DNA from: Chloroflexota bacterium
GTDB lineage: Bacteria; Chloroflexota; UBA11872; VXOZ01
Direction of reading: 5' to 3'
Length of the DNA stretch: 64,000 bases
Assembly (NCBI GenBank): GCA_965221905.1
Contig: OZ244922.1
Coordinates: 2,016,001-2,080,000 of the forward strand
The notes below the pieces were generated by a model. The model did no database searches, was not told where the DNA came from, and saw nothing but the letters and a program-made list of their open reading frames with translations. Of this stretch, positions 52,920-62,279 are shown piece by piece (the first letter of the stretch is position 1; each line of letters begins with the position of its first letter). Made by a program: the position numbers and the translations under genes.

Positions 52920-53366
52920 TCAAGACATGTCGCCGCCGGTGGCCGCGTTGATCACATAGTTCTGCACGCGCCGGTATTCTCCCGGCGCCGCAGACCCGCC
53001 GCGCACGCCGGCTACCAACCGCCGGTGTATTTCAAGGATTAGCCGCTCGGTGATGGGTCCCCCGTCGTTGAAGTAAGCGCTCACGAACGCGAAAGCGTCA
53101 CGATAGTTGAGAAGCTCGCGGGCGTCGTCCGGGTCCGCTCCCGGCACCGCACGACCCGCTAGCAGATCATCGGCTTCCTCCAGCGTCAGCCGCGTTCCCT
53201 CGATGTGCGTCGTATGATGCGCTTCCAGCAGAAACGCCCGCGAACGCATCGCGTCAACCCACTCATCCGATAGCGTTGCCGCATCCAGAAAGCCTCGCGC
53301 GCGCTCGATCTCCGTGAGCGCGGCGGTGATTGCGTTCGTAATGATAAAGCGAGGAGCCAAGAGCAA
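52920..53366 (-). pseudogene. Truncated Fic paralog (N-terminal ~140 aa, no catalytic motif)
   Basis: Near-identical to the N-terminus of the 49075-50121 product up to INAATG, then stops. Confidence 0.88.
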
Positions 53367-53529
53367 TGGTTAATCGCCACACTCTAAAGACTTCCCATTC
53401 AGCAAAGGCGTGGTCGTGATTGAAAAGACACTAAGATGTACCCTATTAGCAATGTTGAAGATGGCTGGGTCTAGTCGTGTGATACGCTGAGAAAGTGACG
53501 ATGGGCAACTTCTAGCGCAAGGGTCAATT

Positions 53530-55392
53530 GTGGCTGACGATAACTCCCAAGAATCTGATAGTGGCGATCCTCTTGACGGGGTAATGCGAATCATTAGAGA
53601 GATTGCCGAGAGGTCAGTGGACGGTGACTATCTCTACCGGGGTGAACCAAAGCATTACCGTCGCGTGTCATCGAGCCTTTACCGAAGACGCGAAGAAATC
53701 GAGATGGAAGACTTAGACATCAACATCGCCCAAACTGAGATTCTGAAAGTCGCAAGGACTTTTGTTGGTCACGCCGATGATGAGCGAATATTGACACAAC
53801 TTCAACACTACGGCTCTGCTACCAACTTGATTGATTTTACCACTGACAGCCTAATAGCGCTGTTCTTTGCTTGCGATGGGGAGCCTTCAGAGAATGGAAG
53901 GGTCCTTCTACTGATCAAGTCGAAGTATCCTTGGATGCCACCGCAGTCGCCTGAGAATCGCGCGATCGCCCAGAGAAGTGTTTTTGTCCAATCACCGAAG
54001 GGATATGTGATACCAGACAAGTCGGTGTGTGTGCCTCATATGCTAAAGGGAGAGATTCTCGAGTATCTTAGGAAACATCATGGTTTGACAGTTGCAGCAA
54101 TCTACAATGACATTCACGGCTTCATTCGCTATCACGAAGGTCGCGAGAGTGCCTATATTGAGTTCTATGCGGGGAAAACCCATCAGGAAAAGGGGGAAAA
54201 TGCGAAGGCGATTGATCGTTACAGCAACGCAATTGCACTTATTCCGCAACTGCATGGAGCCTTCAACAACCGTGGTACAGTTTACGCCACAATGGGCGAG
54301 TACCGACGCGCAATTCAAGACTACGATAAGGCCCTGAAACTAGATCCTCTTTACGTTGGCAGTTATGTTAATCGCGGCAATGCCTACCTGCAGTTGGATG
54401 AATCAAAAGCTGCGTTTGACGACTTTAAGAGTGCTATAGAAATTGAGCCAACCTACTCTGAAGCGTATTGCAGTCGTGGTGCTGCACATATTAAAACTGG
54501 CAACTATGAACTCGCTATACGCGACCTAGATAGGTCGATAGAGCTTCGCCCTCACTATGCGGAAGCTCTTGTATTTCGGGCCATGGCATATGCGCAGCAA
54601 GGGGAATCTGAACGCGGTTCTCAAGACCTCGACAAAGCCATAGAATTAGACCCAGACTACGCGGATGCATACGAGCATCGAGGAAGATACCTAATCGACA
54701 AAAGAGAGAAAGACCGGGCAATTCAAGACTTTAGCAGGCTATTGGAATTGAGGCCCAATTCCGCGGTCGCACATAACGGTCGTGGTATCGCTCTATTGCT
54801 CAAGAATCAGATCGACCGCGCCATAGATGACTTTGATAGGGCGTTAGAGATCAACCCCCAATTTGCTGAAGCACTCTGTGGCCGCGGAGATGCCTACTGC
54901 GCGAAGAGAGATTATGGTACTGCAATCCAAAACTACAGTTCGGCAATCGCGATAGACCCAAATTATGCGAACGCTTACAACAATCGGGGTAACTCCCGTA
55001 GATATCGGGGAGAGTTCGATAAAGCAATTCAGGACTTCAACAGAGCACTAGAGCTCAAAATCAATGACCAGGTTGCCACTTATAACAATCGTGCCCATAC
55101 CTTTAGCGAAATGAAGAAGTACGATTGCGCAATTCAAGACTACACTAAGTCCATTCAATTGAGGGCTCAAAATCCGGAAGCCTACTTTAGCCGGAGCATG
55201 TGCCGATTGATCCTGAAGCGGTGGAAAGGTGCCCGGAAGGACTTAATTGCAGCAAGCAAGCATGGTTTCGATATAAAGGCTGAGTTCCGAGACACTTTCG
55301 CGAGCGCGGCCAACTTCGAAAGACGTTTCGAAGTTAAGTTGCCTCCTAATGTTGTAGCTATGCTTTCGCCCGCTAGCAATGCGAAGGGATAG
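53530..55392 (+). CDS. FRG-domain protein with long TPR array
   Basis: YLYRGE, LQHYGSATNLIDFT...ALFFAC, RAIAQRSVF; about 10 TPRs (AYNNRG-type); AT-richer than flanks. Confidence 0.88.
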   Translation: MADDNSQESDSGDPLDGVMRIIREIAERSVDGDYLYRGEPKHYRRVSSSLYRRREEIEMEDLDINIAQTEILKVARTFVGHADDERILTQLQHYGSATNLIDFTTDSLIALFFACDGEPSENGRVLLLIKSKYPWMPPQSPENRAIAQRSVFVQSPKGYVIPDKSVCVPHMLKGEILEYLRKHHGLTVAAIYNDIHGFIRYHEGRESAYIEFYAGKTHQEKGENAKAIDRYSNAIALIPQLHGAFNNRGTVYATMGEYRRAIQDYDKALKLDPLYVGSYVNRGNAYLQLDESKAAFDDFKSAIEIEPTYSEAYCSRGAAHIKTGNYELAIRDLDRSIELRPHYAEALVFRAMAYAQQGESERGSQDLDKAIELDPDYADAYEHRGRYLIDKREKDRAIQDFSRLLELRPNSAVAHNGRGIALLLKNQIDRAIDDFDRALEINPQFAEALCGRGDAYCAKRDYGTAIQNYSSAIAIDPNYANAYNNRGNSRRYRGEFDKAIQDFNRALELKINDQVATYNNRAHTFSEMKKYDCAIQDYTKSIQLRAQNPEAYFSRSMCRLILKRWKGARKDLIAASKHGFDIKAEFRDTFASAANFERRFEVKLPPNVVAMLSPASNAKG

Positions 55393-55547
55393 CTAGAGGT
55401 CGCCCTACAGGTGCACTTACGTCCTAGTCTCCTTCCGTCCAGCCAAATGCATGGCAGACTTTGCGTCACTCTGTATGAGTGCTTCGAGGAACTCGAGCCC
55501 AGGTTGCTGGATGGGTGTTGTGCCGAGGGGCACGGCAGCATCTGGCC

Positions 55548-58500
55548 CTAGCGGTCTACGATAGTTGTGGTGTCGCCGGCTTTTAAGGCGTTCATGTAGG
55601 CGCGGATGAGGTTGCGGGTGCGGTAGCGGTTGAAAGAGGCTTCGTCTTGGCGGCGGACGATGGGGAAGGTGCTCAGGATGTAGTCGGCGTCCTCCCGCGA
55701 GATGCCGTAGAGGTGGAAGTAGAGGGCGTCCAGGCGGGCGCGCAGGTGGCGGCGGTCTTCGTCGTTCCAGATGAAGGGCGGGCCGCCGTAACCCAGGTCG
55801 CGGGCGAACGGCGCCATGTCGTGGGCGGTGTACGTGAGGCGCAGCACGTGGTCGCGGACGAGGTCGCGAGCGGTCTTATCCCCGAATTGGCGGTCGTAGT
55901 CCTCCGGCGCGATCACGGGCAGTTGCTCGATCATAAACAACTTTAGATGAGTGCCCGGTACCTTTTGCCGTGAAACAAAATCAAATACAAAAGCATTGAA
56001 ATTCCCTAGCAAGCATGCAATGTCAAGAGCGAGTAATTGGTCCTTATCAGGAAGCAGGAGGGCCAGTGTATCCGAACAGCCAACTTGAGGTACAACTGTA
56101 GATGTCATCGTGCGGGCATTTGTCGCCGCTGTTATCTCCTTGAATGCTAGCATGAATTGCAATTGCTGGGTTTCAACTCTCTCACGCTGATTAACCCAAA
56201 ATCGAGGACTTGCAGTGAAGCGGGAATCTTGATGCTGTTTCTCAAGCGTTGGGACTGGCTGTCCAGGCCGAAACAAGTTGTCACTCCGAGTAATTATCGA
56301 AGCAGCACGATGGTCGAACGCTTGTACGGTCTTTCCTTCGAATAGTGGCAGACAAGAGTCGTCACCTTTCTTCCATCGATTGAATTCAACAGGGTAAAAC
56401 CCGTCTCTGTCCAACTGCTCCGCCGTGCGGAACAACTTCGAGTCGTTCTGCGAATGGAAGAGTCCTTGCCGATACTTGACCGGCCAGGTCTTGTGCTCTG
56501 TGCCGTCGGAGCGGTTGACGAGCACGGGGTGGCGGGCGTAGATGTCGCGGGTGATGTCGGCGTCGCGGCGGGTGCGGAATACCGGGGAGGTGCCGGTGTT
56601 GGGGTTGACGCGGGCAAAGTCGTCCGGCGCCAGCGGGAAGCAGCGGTCCTCATCAGTGATGGTCTTGGTGTCGTGGAGGAAGAAGGCGCACGCGGTGGCG
56701 TCGAATTGCCGCTGCGCGCCGCCAAAGATGAGGGCGCAGAACTTGAAAGAGGCGTGCACGTCCTTGAAGAATATCTTCCTGTTTTCAAAGTCGTACAGCC
56801 CGGCCACGCGCCCGCGGGTGGAAACCGACTTGAAGAATTTTGCCGCGGTCAGATCGGCGTAGATACCGGACGGGGTGAGCAGGCCGACCAGACCCTCGGC
56901 CTTGACCAGGCGCATGGCGCGCTCCACGAAGAGCGAATAGAGGTTTATGTCGCCGCCGCCTAGCAGTGGATAGTGACCGGAAGCCCGCACCAGCCGGCCC
57001 AAACTGTCGGCGCGCCCTTTGGCGTCATCGAAATCAGCGGCCAACGGATCGCCCTGCGTACGCAATTCGCCAATGGCGGCCCGGCGCGCCGCCGCGGTGG
57101 GGGCGCGGGCGAGTTCCGGCGCGCGGGTGGCAAACCACTCCACTTCCTGCAGCTTGATGCGGTCCCAGGGCGGGTTGCCGATCACGGCGTCGAATCCGCC
57201 GCGCGGGTGGGCGTCCTGCCACTGCTTCCACACCCCGGGAAAGGCCGCCTCCCAGTGCAGAAAGGTCTCGCGGTCGGCGATGGCTCTGGCGTTATGCCAG
57301 AGATTGGCGAATTCGGTGGCGCTCTGTATGTTGTCCGGCGTTGGCGGATTGTCCCCTTGGCCGGACGCAGGTTGCAAACCTACGCTACCGGACGCAGGTT
57401 GCGGACCCGCGCTGCCGGACGCAGGTTGCAAACCTGCGCTACCGGAAGATGCTGCGTCAGGAGAAGATGGATTCCGGCTTTCGCCGGAATGACGGTCACT
57501 GGGTGCACGGGAATGAGCGATGTCATCCGTTGTTTGAGACTCAATTGCGTCGGGCCCGTGGGCCAGGAGCTTGAAGGCGTCGTTCGGCTGTCGGCCGAGG
57601 GTCTCGAACAACGAGGCCTCAAAGAGGGTGCGTTCCTGCTTCTTCATGCCCGCGGTCAGCCAGCGCAAGCCGCAGAGCACGTCGAGCACACTGCGGAGGT
57701 CGGCGGTGGTATTTTCCACTTCCCGGAACAGGGTCGCGGACTCCCGCACCTCGGCCACGTCGGCATCGGAGAGCAGTTCGATGTGCTCCATCCCCTCAGC
57801 GGCTGTCTCAGCGCCGGCAACGGCGGACTGCACAAACAAGCCGCCCATGCGATTCAGTTCGTCCACGGCCTCCTCCACGCGCAGGCCGAGCAGCGAGTCG
57901 CCGCAGCGCAGGTGGTGGTCCAGGAACGAAAGCGGCGCGCCCACGGTGAAACTATGCAGCCAAAGCGAGACTTTGGCCAGCTCCACGGCCAGGGGGTTCT
58001 TGTCCACGCCGTAGATGCAGCGCTTGAGCACCATGCGCCGGATGATGGCTTGGTCGGTGAGTTGCAGCTTGTCGATTGCCCAATCCGACTCACGCGCCCG
58101 CTGCAGAATTTCTTCCCGAATTACCGCAATGCGCTCCACCAGCGGCGAAACGTAGGCGCTACCGCAGCCGTCGTCCAGCCATTCCGGCACGGCAGGCACG
58201 TATTCGACCATGTGGGCGATCTCGTCGGAGAGATAGTCCACGGCGGTCACCAGGAAGTGGCCGCTGCCCATGGCCGGATCGAGAATCTTCAGGTCGAGCG
58301 CGGCCACCGCCGGGTCGAGCGCCTCCAATTCCTGGCGGCGCTCCGGCTTGGGGCGATGATCGCTTCTGAGCTCCTTTGCTCGAGTCTCAAACGCCTTGAG
58401 GCGCTCCTCCACCAAAGGTTCAAGAGTCTTTTCCACGATTAGGTCGACGAGTTCCTGGGGCGTGTAGAAACTGCCGCTGTCCTTGCGGGCGTAGGGGTTG

Positions 58501-59814
58501 GGCCGCATGATGATTTTGCCGTCATCGCCGCGCACCGGCTCCTGTTCCAGCAGGCGCTCGTAGATTGAGCCGAGCTGTTGCACCGACATGTCGCGATAGT
58601 TGACGAAAGAGCGGACGCTGTCGCCTTTGCGCGCACTGCGCGTATGGCTGAGGTCATAGATGATGCCGGCGATAACCGAATCCGGCAAGCGGACGTGCTG
58701 CAAAAGCGGCGCGGAGTCCGGGGCGAAGAGCCCGCCGTTGTAGGGAGGGAGGCCGATAGAAGGATCGCCGCGGTCGATAAGCCTGAACAGCGTGTTGAGG
58801 CGGTCGTAGTAGTTGGTTGCCGCGCTGGAGAAGGTATCGCCAGTCTGCATGCGCGCGGCAACGTCGTCGCGCACACGCTTGCGCAGGCCGTAATCCGTCA
58901 TAGCGCGAATCGTTGACCGGCAAGAGGCCGCGGTCCTCGGCGTAGAGAATGAAGAGGAGCCTATAGAGGAATATGAGAGCCGCGTGACGCACCGCCGTGA
59001 AGTCATCACTGGGATCGCCTTCTGCGGCATAGCGATCCGCAAGCGCTTCGACCAAGTGGGGGAATACGCGCGAAAACACAACTTCCGAGAGGTCTGCGGC
59101 CACCCGCTGCTCATAGCGCTTTCCTTCCGCGATCGCATCTTCCAGGAAGGTAGTCGCCGCGCCCTCTTGCGCTATGAATGATTCGCGCCTGAAGAGTAGG
59201 AAGATCGCGCGGAGGGCGTGGTCGTCGTCCTGCTGCAAAAGGGCTTTCAGGTCCGCTTCGTAAAAGCCGCTGGCACGGGGACGGGCGCGGAAATCGTAGA
59301 GCCGCCAGACTGCGCCGTTGGTCAAGATGCCCCAGCGGATGCGACCGTCGGTCACTTTATCTGCCGTGTCGAGATACCTGAGAATCTGGCCGTGAGGGGT
59401 GCCGCGGCGGGTGGTTTCACCGCTGTCGCGGTTGTCGAGCGGCAAGCCGAAGCGTTTGCTCTCCTCGATTACAAGGGCGTCTTGATAGCGATTTTCGGAA
59501 CCCTCGCGCGCTGCGGCCCTGTCCTTCGCCTCCCCATCGGCAAAGAGCAGGTAATCGGGAATGTCCTCTTGGCGGTCTGAGCCTTGCTGGGGCATATGGT
59601 TGTCCCAGCCTAGCAATTCCAGGAGCGGACGCACCACCTCGTTTTCAGTTTGTGCCTCGTTGGGTTCGTGAGCGGAGGAAATCTTATCCAGAATTTCGCG
59701 CAGGGATTGCTTGAACGCGGTAAATGTCAGCGGCTGCCGCACGCAATCCTGCCAGGCATCGGTTGCCTGGATGCCTTCGGTAAGGAAGTATTGTGTGAAG
59801 AGTTGACCGATCAT
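55548..59814 (-). pseudogene. Type IIG (Eco57I-like) restriction-modification enzyme with one +1 frameshift near 58895
   Basis: N-terminal PD..ExK nuclease (IPDY..EESK, ILTNG); MTase motifs DPAMGSGHF and GNPPW; TAT GAC G GAT TAC has one extra G; removing it gives DSRYDDYGLRK and a ~1420 aa ORF. Confidence 0.87.
57361..57495. repeat. Three 27-bp palindromic units plus a REP palindrome, in frame inside the R-M gene
   Basis: CCGGACGCAGGTTGCAAACCT(A/G)CGCTA at 57361, 57388 and 57415; GGATTCCGGCTTTCGCCGGAATGACG at 57469. Confidence 0.85.
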
Positions 59815-59932
59815 GGCGATGATTTCAAACTCTCAGCGAGCATCGCGAGTAACAGATTGCAGAGCCGGCCCCAGGACTAGGACTGAGGCGTGGGTGAGTC
59901 TTTTGCTGGAGGCGAATGGCAACAAGCCTGAT

Positions 59933-60121
59933 CTATTGCTTTTGCAGCCATCCGCGGACGATCCAGAATAGGTTGGCGAGTGCGATGGCTATGGCGGCGA
60001 CCCAGAGGGCGGTGCCGAGAGTAGGATTTGCCGCCAAGCCGATGCCTTGTCCGAGAAAGAAGACGATGACCGCCACCACGAAGAGCACGATATGGGCGAT
60101 TTTCTTAAGCTTTTTCCGCAT
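59933..60121 (-). CDS. Small two-TM membrane protein
   Basis: MRKKLKK followed by two hydrophobic helices; GGGAG RBS. Confidence 0.65.
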   Translation of the reverse strand: MRKKLKKIAHIVLFVVAVIVFFLGQGIGLAANPTLGTALWVAAIAIALANLFWIVRGWLQKQ

Positions 60122-60259
60122 GGTTCCACTCCCATAGCGTAGGTGCGGGAAACGACGAATCGGACTCACCCAGATGTTAGCAACACCTCAATGGTACCAG
60201 AGGGTAGGGAACGCAACTGCGCGTAGACAAGCATCGAGCCGGGCATGGGCCGGGGCAGG

Positions 60260-61276
60260 TCACGCCAATTCGGCCTTCGTAGACGGGAGCAGGCGCATGC
60301 GCACGTCCACCTCCAGGATGCTGCTAACGAAACCGTTGAGAATGCCTTTGGAAGGGGGCACGTCTTGATAGTCGCGTCCCACAGCGATAGAAACGTGGTG
60401 GTCTCCGGCAAGGGTCTGGTTGGTGGGATCGAAACCAACCCAGCCGAGGCCGGGCAACCGGCACTCTACCCATGCGTGGGTGGCGCTCTGCGGCGTCTGC
60501 GACGACGTCTGCGTCTGCGACAAAGTCGGCGTCTGCGACAGAGTCTGAGTCTGTGACAAAGTCAGCGCGTGCTCACGGGATTCACCCGAAACGTGCACGT
60601 AGCCGGATACATAGCGGGACGGCACGCCCCAAGAGCGCGCAACAGCAATCATGACGTGGGCGTAGTCCTGGCAGACACCCCGCCCGGTCTCCAAGATGTG
60701 GTCGATGGGGGAGGCCACCGAGGTGCTGCCAGGAACGTAGTCGAAGACGTGATGCAGCTTCTCGGACAGCATTCCCACAGCCTGCAGAGGGTCGTCGGCC
60801 GGCTCGATGCCTTCACGCTGGATGAAGGAGGAGAGGGCGGGCGACGACTGCGCTAACGGGCTGTCATGGGTAAAGTCCCAAAGCGCAAAAGAGTGCTGCC
60901 AGGCTTGAATCTTGTCCCATGCGCCGGAATTCAAAGAGCCCGGTAGCTGGGCCGCAGGTCCGGTTTCAACCGAAGAGCGGGCCACAATCTCGAGCGACTC
61001 GTGCCGCTGATGCACGCTAAAGACGTGCCTTGTGTTGCCGTAGGGGTCTGTTGCTGTGCTTAGTGTGGAGAGCGGGTGCGTGGAAAGATCGAACTGCAGG
61101 AGTTGCTGTCTCACGCTTTCGCGCGGTCTTAAACACAGGGACATCACAGAGTACCACGCCGGTGAGGCATAGCGGTAGCGGGATACGTGCTCTATCTCAA
61201 AGCGGTTCGATCTGGCGATGCGACCACTAGATTCTGCACTGTGTTCGGAGCGGCTGGATAAACTCGAGTCGGCCAT
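60260..61276 (-). CDS. Transglutaminase-like protein (Bact_transglu_N plus core)
   Basis: EHVSRYRY, LRPR, GVCQDYAH, RYVSGY, THAWVE, GFDPTN, GRDYQDV; start 61276 or 61306. Confidence 0.92.
   Translation of the reverse strand: MADSSLSSRSEHSAESSGRIARSNRFEIEHVSRYRYASPAWYSVMSLCLRPRESVRQQLLQFDLSTHPLSTLSTATDPYGNTRHVFSVHQRHESLEIVARSSVETGPAAQLPGSLNSGAWDKIQAWQHSFALWDFTHDSPLAQSSPALSSFIQREGIEPADDPLQAVGMLSEKLHHVFDYVPGSTSVASPIDHILETGRGVCQDYAHVMIAVARSWGVPSRYVSGYVHVSGESREHALTLSQTQTLSQTPTLSQTQTSSQTPQSATHAWVECRLPGLGWVGFDPTNQTLAGDHHVSIAVGRDYQDVPPSKGILNGFVSSILEVDVRMRLLPSTKAELA
60491..60563 (-). repeat. In-frame 18-bp tandem repeat (TLSQTQ-like, four copies)
   Basis: Encodes TLSQTQ TLSQTP TLSQTQ TSSQTP between RYVSGY and the catalytic His. 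Confidence 0.85.
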
Positions 61277-61283
61277 GAGGTCA

Positions 61284-62249
61284 TTATACGGGAGAGTCTT
61301 CGACATGGTAGTCGAAGTAGGTCACCGCAATCAGGTCGTGAAGGTCCCGGCAAAAGGCGCCCATCTGTCGCAAAGCCTGTTCACGGTCTTCCAGGTCGGG
61401 CCAATCGTAGCGGATTAAGGACACGAGCCGACCCGCCAGCCGCCGCGTCGCGCCACTGGAATCCGCATTTGGCCCGGGTCCGATAGCGTCAAGTTGCTGT
61501 CCCACGATATCGAGCGAAAAACAGAGGGAGTCGGGGAGCAGCGGATCTGTCACGAGCAGATCCAAAACATGGTTAGGGTGAACCTCCACGCTGTAGCTGC
61601 GGTTATAGACCTCCAAGGCGTGGTATGCGCGCAGCAAGCTAACCCAGTCAGCTTCGGAAGACTCCTCAAAGTGCACTTCGGAGGCAAGTTGCGCCAATAG
61701 CAGCGAAATCGTGATCTGGGCCCGCTCGATCAAACGACCGAGTTGCAGGAAGTGCCAACCCTCGTCGCGGTACATTGTTGCTGCAGCCACACCCATGAAG
61801 GTGTCGATGTCTGCGGTCACCCCAGCGTAGAAACTCTCCGGAGACGTGGACCAAATATCTTGTATGTCCCGATTCTGGAGCTGAAGATAGACAAGGTTTA
61901 GGTGCGACCACATTTCCGCGCTAATGCAGTTTCGCGTTTGACGGGCATTCTCTCGCGCTGCGGCGAAGCAATTCCACAGCGAGCCAAGATTCGAAGGCTC
62001 AAACGTCAGGTCGTCGGCAAGGGTATACGAGTCCGCCAGCGTGAAGTCATCACTGTCGCTGAGTTCGAGACTGCCGCCAGGCGTCAACCGGTCGACACTT
62101 ATGTAAATGCGACTCCAGCCGAAGTAAATTTCCTGGACAGGGCGATCCACCAGAGCCGCCGTCTGCAATTGCAGAAAGCGGCTGAGGTGTTGCGCCCGTT
62201 CCAAGTAGCGCCCCATCCAGAAGAGGCTTTGTGCGCTTCGTGAGAGCAC
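61284..62249 (-). CDS. Alpha-E domain protein (DUF403)
   Basis: MLSRSAQSLFWMGRYLERA, ARENAR, MYRDEGWHFLQLGRLIERA (two ER motifs). Confidence 0.92.
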   Translation of the reverse strand: MLSRSAQSLFWMGRYLERAQHLSRFLQLQTAALVDRPVQEIYFGWSRIYISVDRLTPGGSLELSDSDDFTLADSYTLADDLTFEPSNLGSLWNCFAAARENARQTRNCISAEMWSHLNLVYLQLQNRDIQDIWSTSPESFYAGVTADIDTFMGVAAATMYRDEGWHFLQLGRLIERAQITISLLLAQLASEVHFEESSEADWVSLLRAYHALEVYNRSYSVEVHPNHVLDLLVTDPLLPDSLCFSLDIVGQQLDAIGPGPNADSSGATRRLAGRLVSLIRYDWPDLEDREQALRQMGAFCRDLHDLIAVTYFDYHVEDSPV

Positions 62250-62279
62250 GTGTGCTTAATTCCTTAGCTCAGGTAAACG

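Noticed and set aside
56973-58442. 489-aa plus-strand ORF
   Set aside because: Antisense shadow of the GC-rich R-M gene with no recognisable motifs; the same applies to most short overlapping ORFs in the track.
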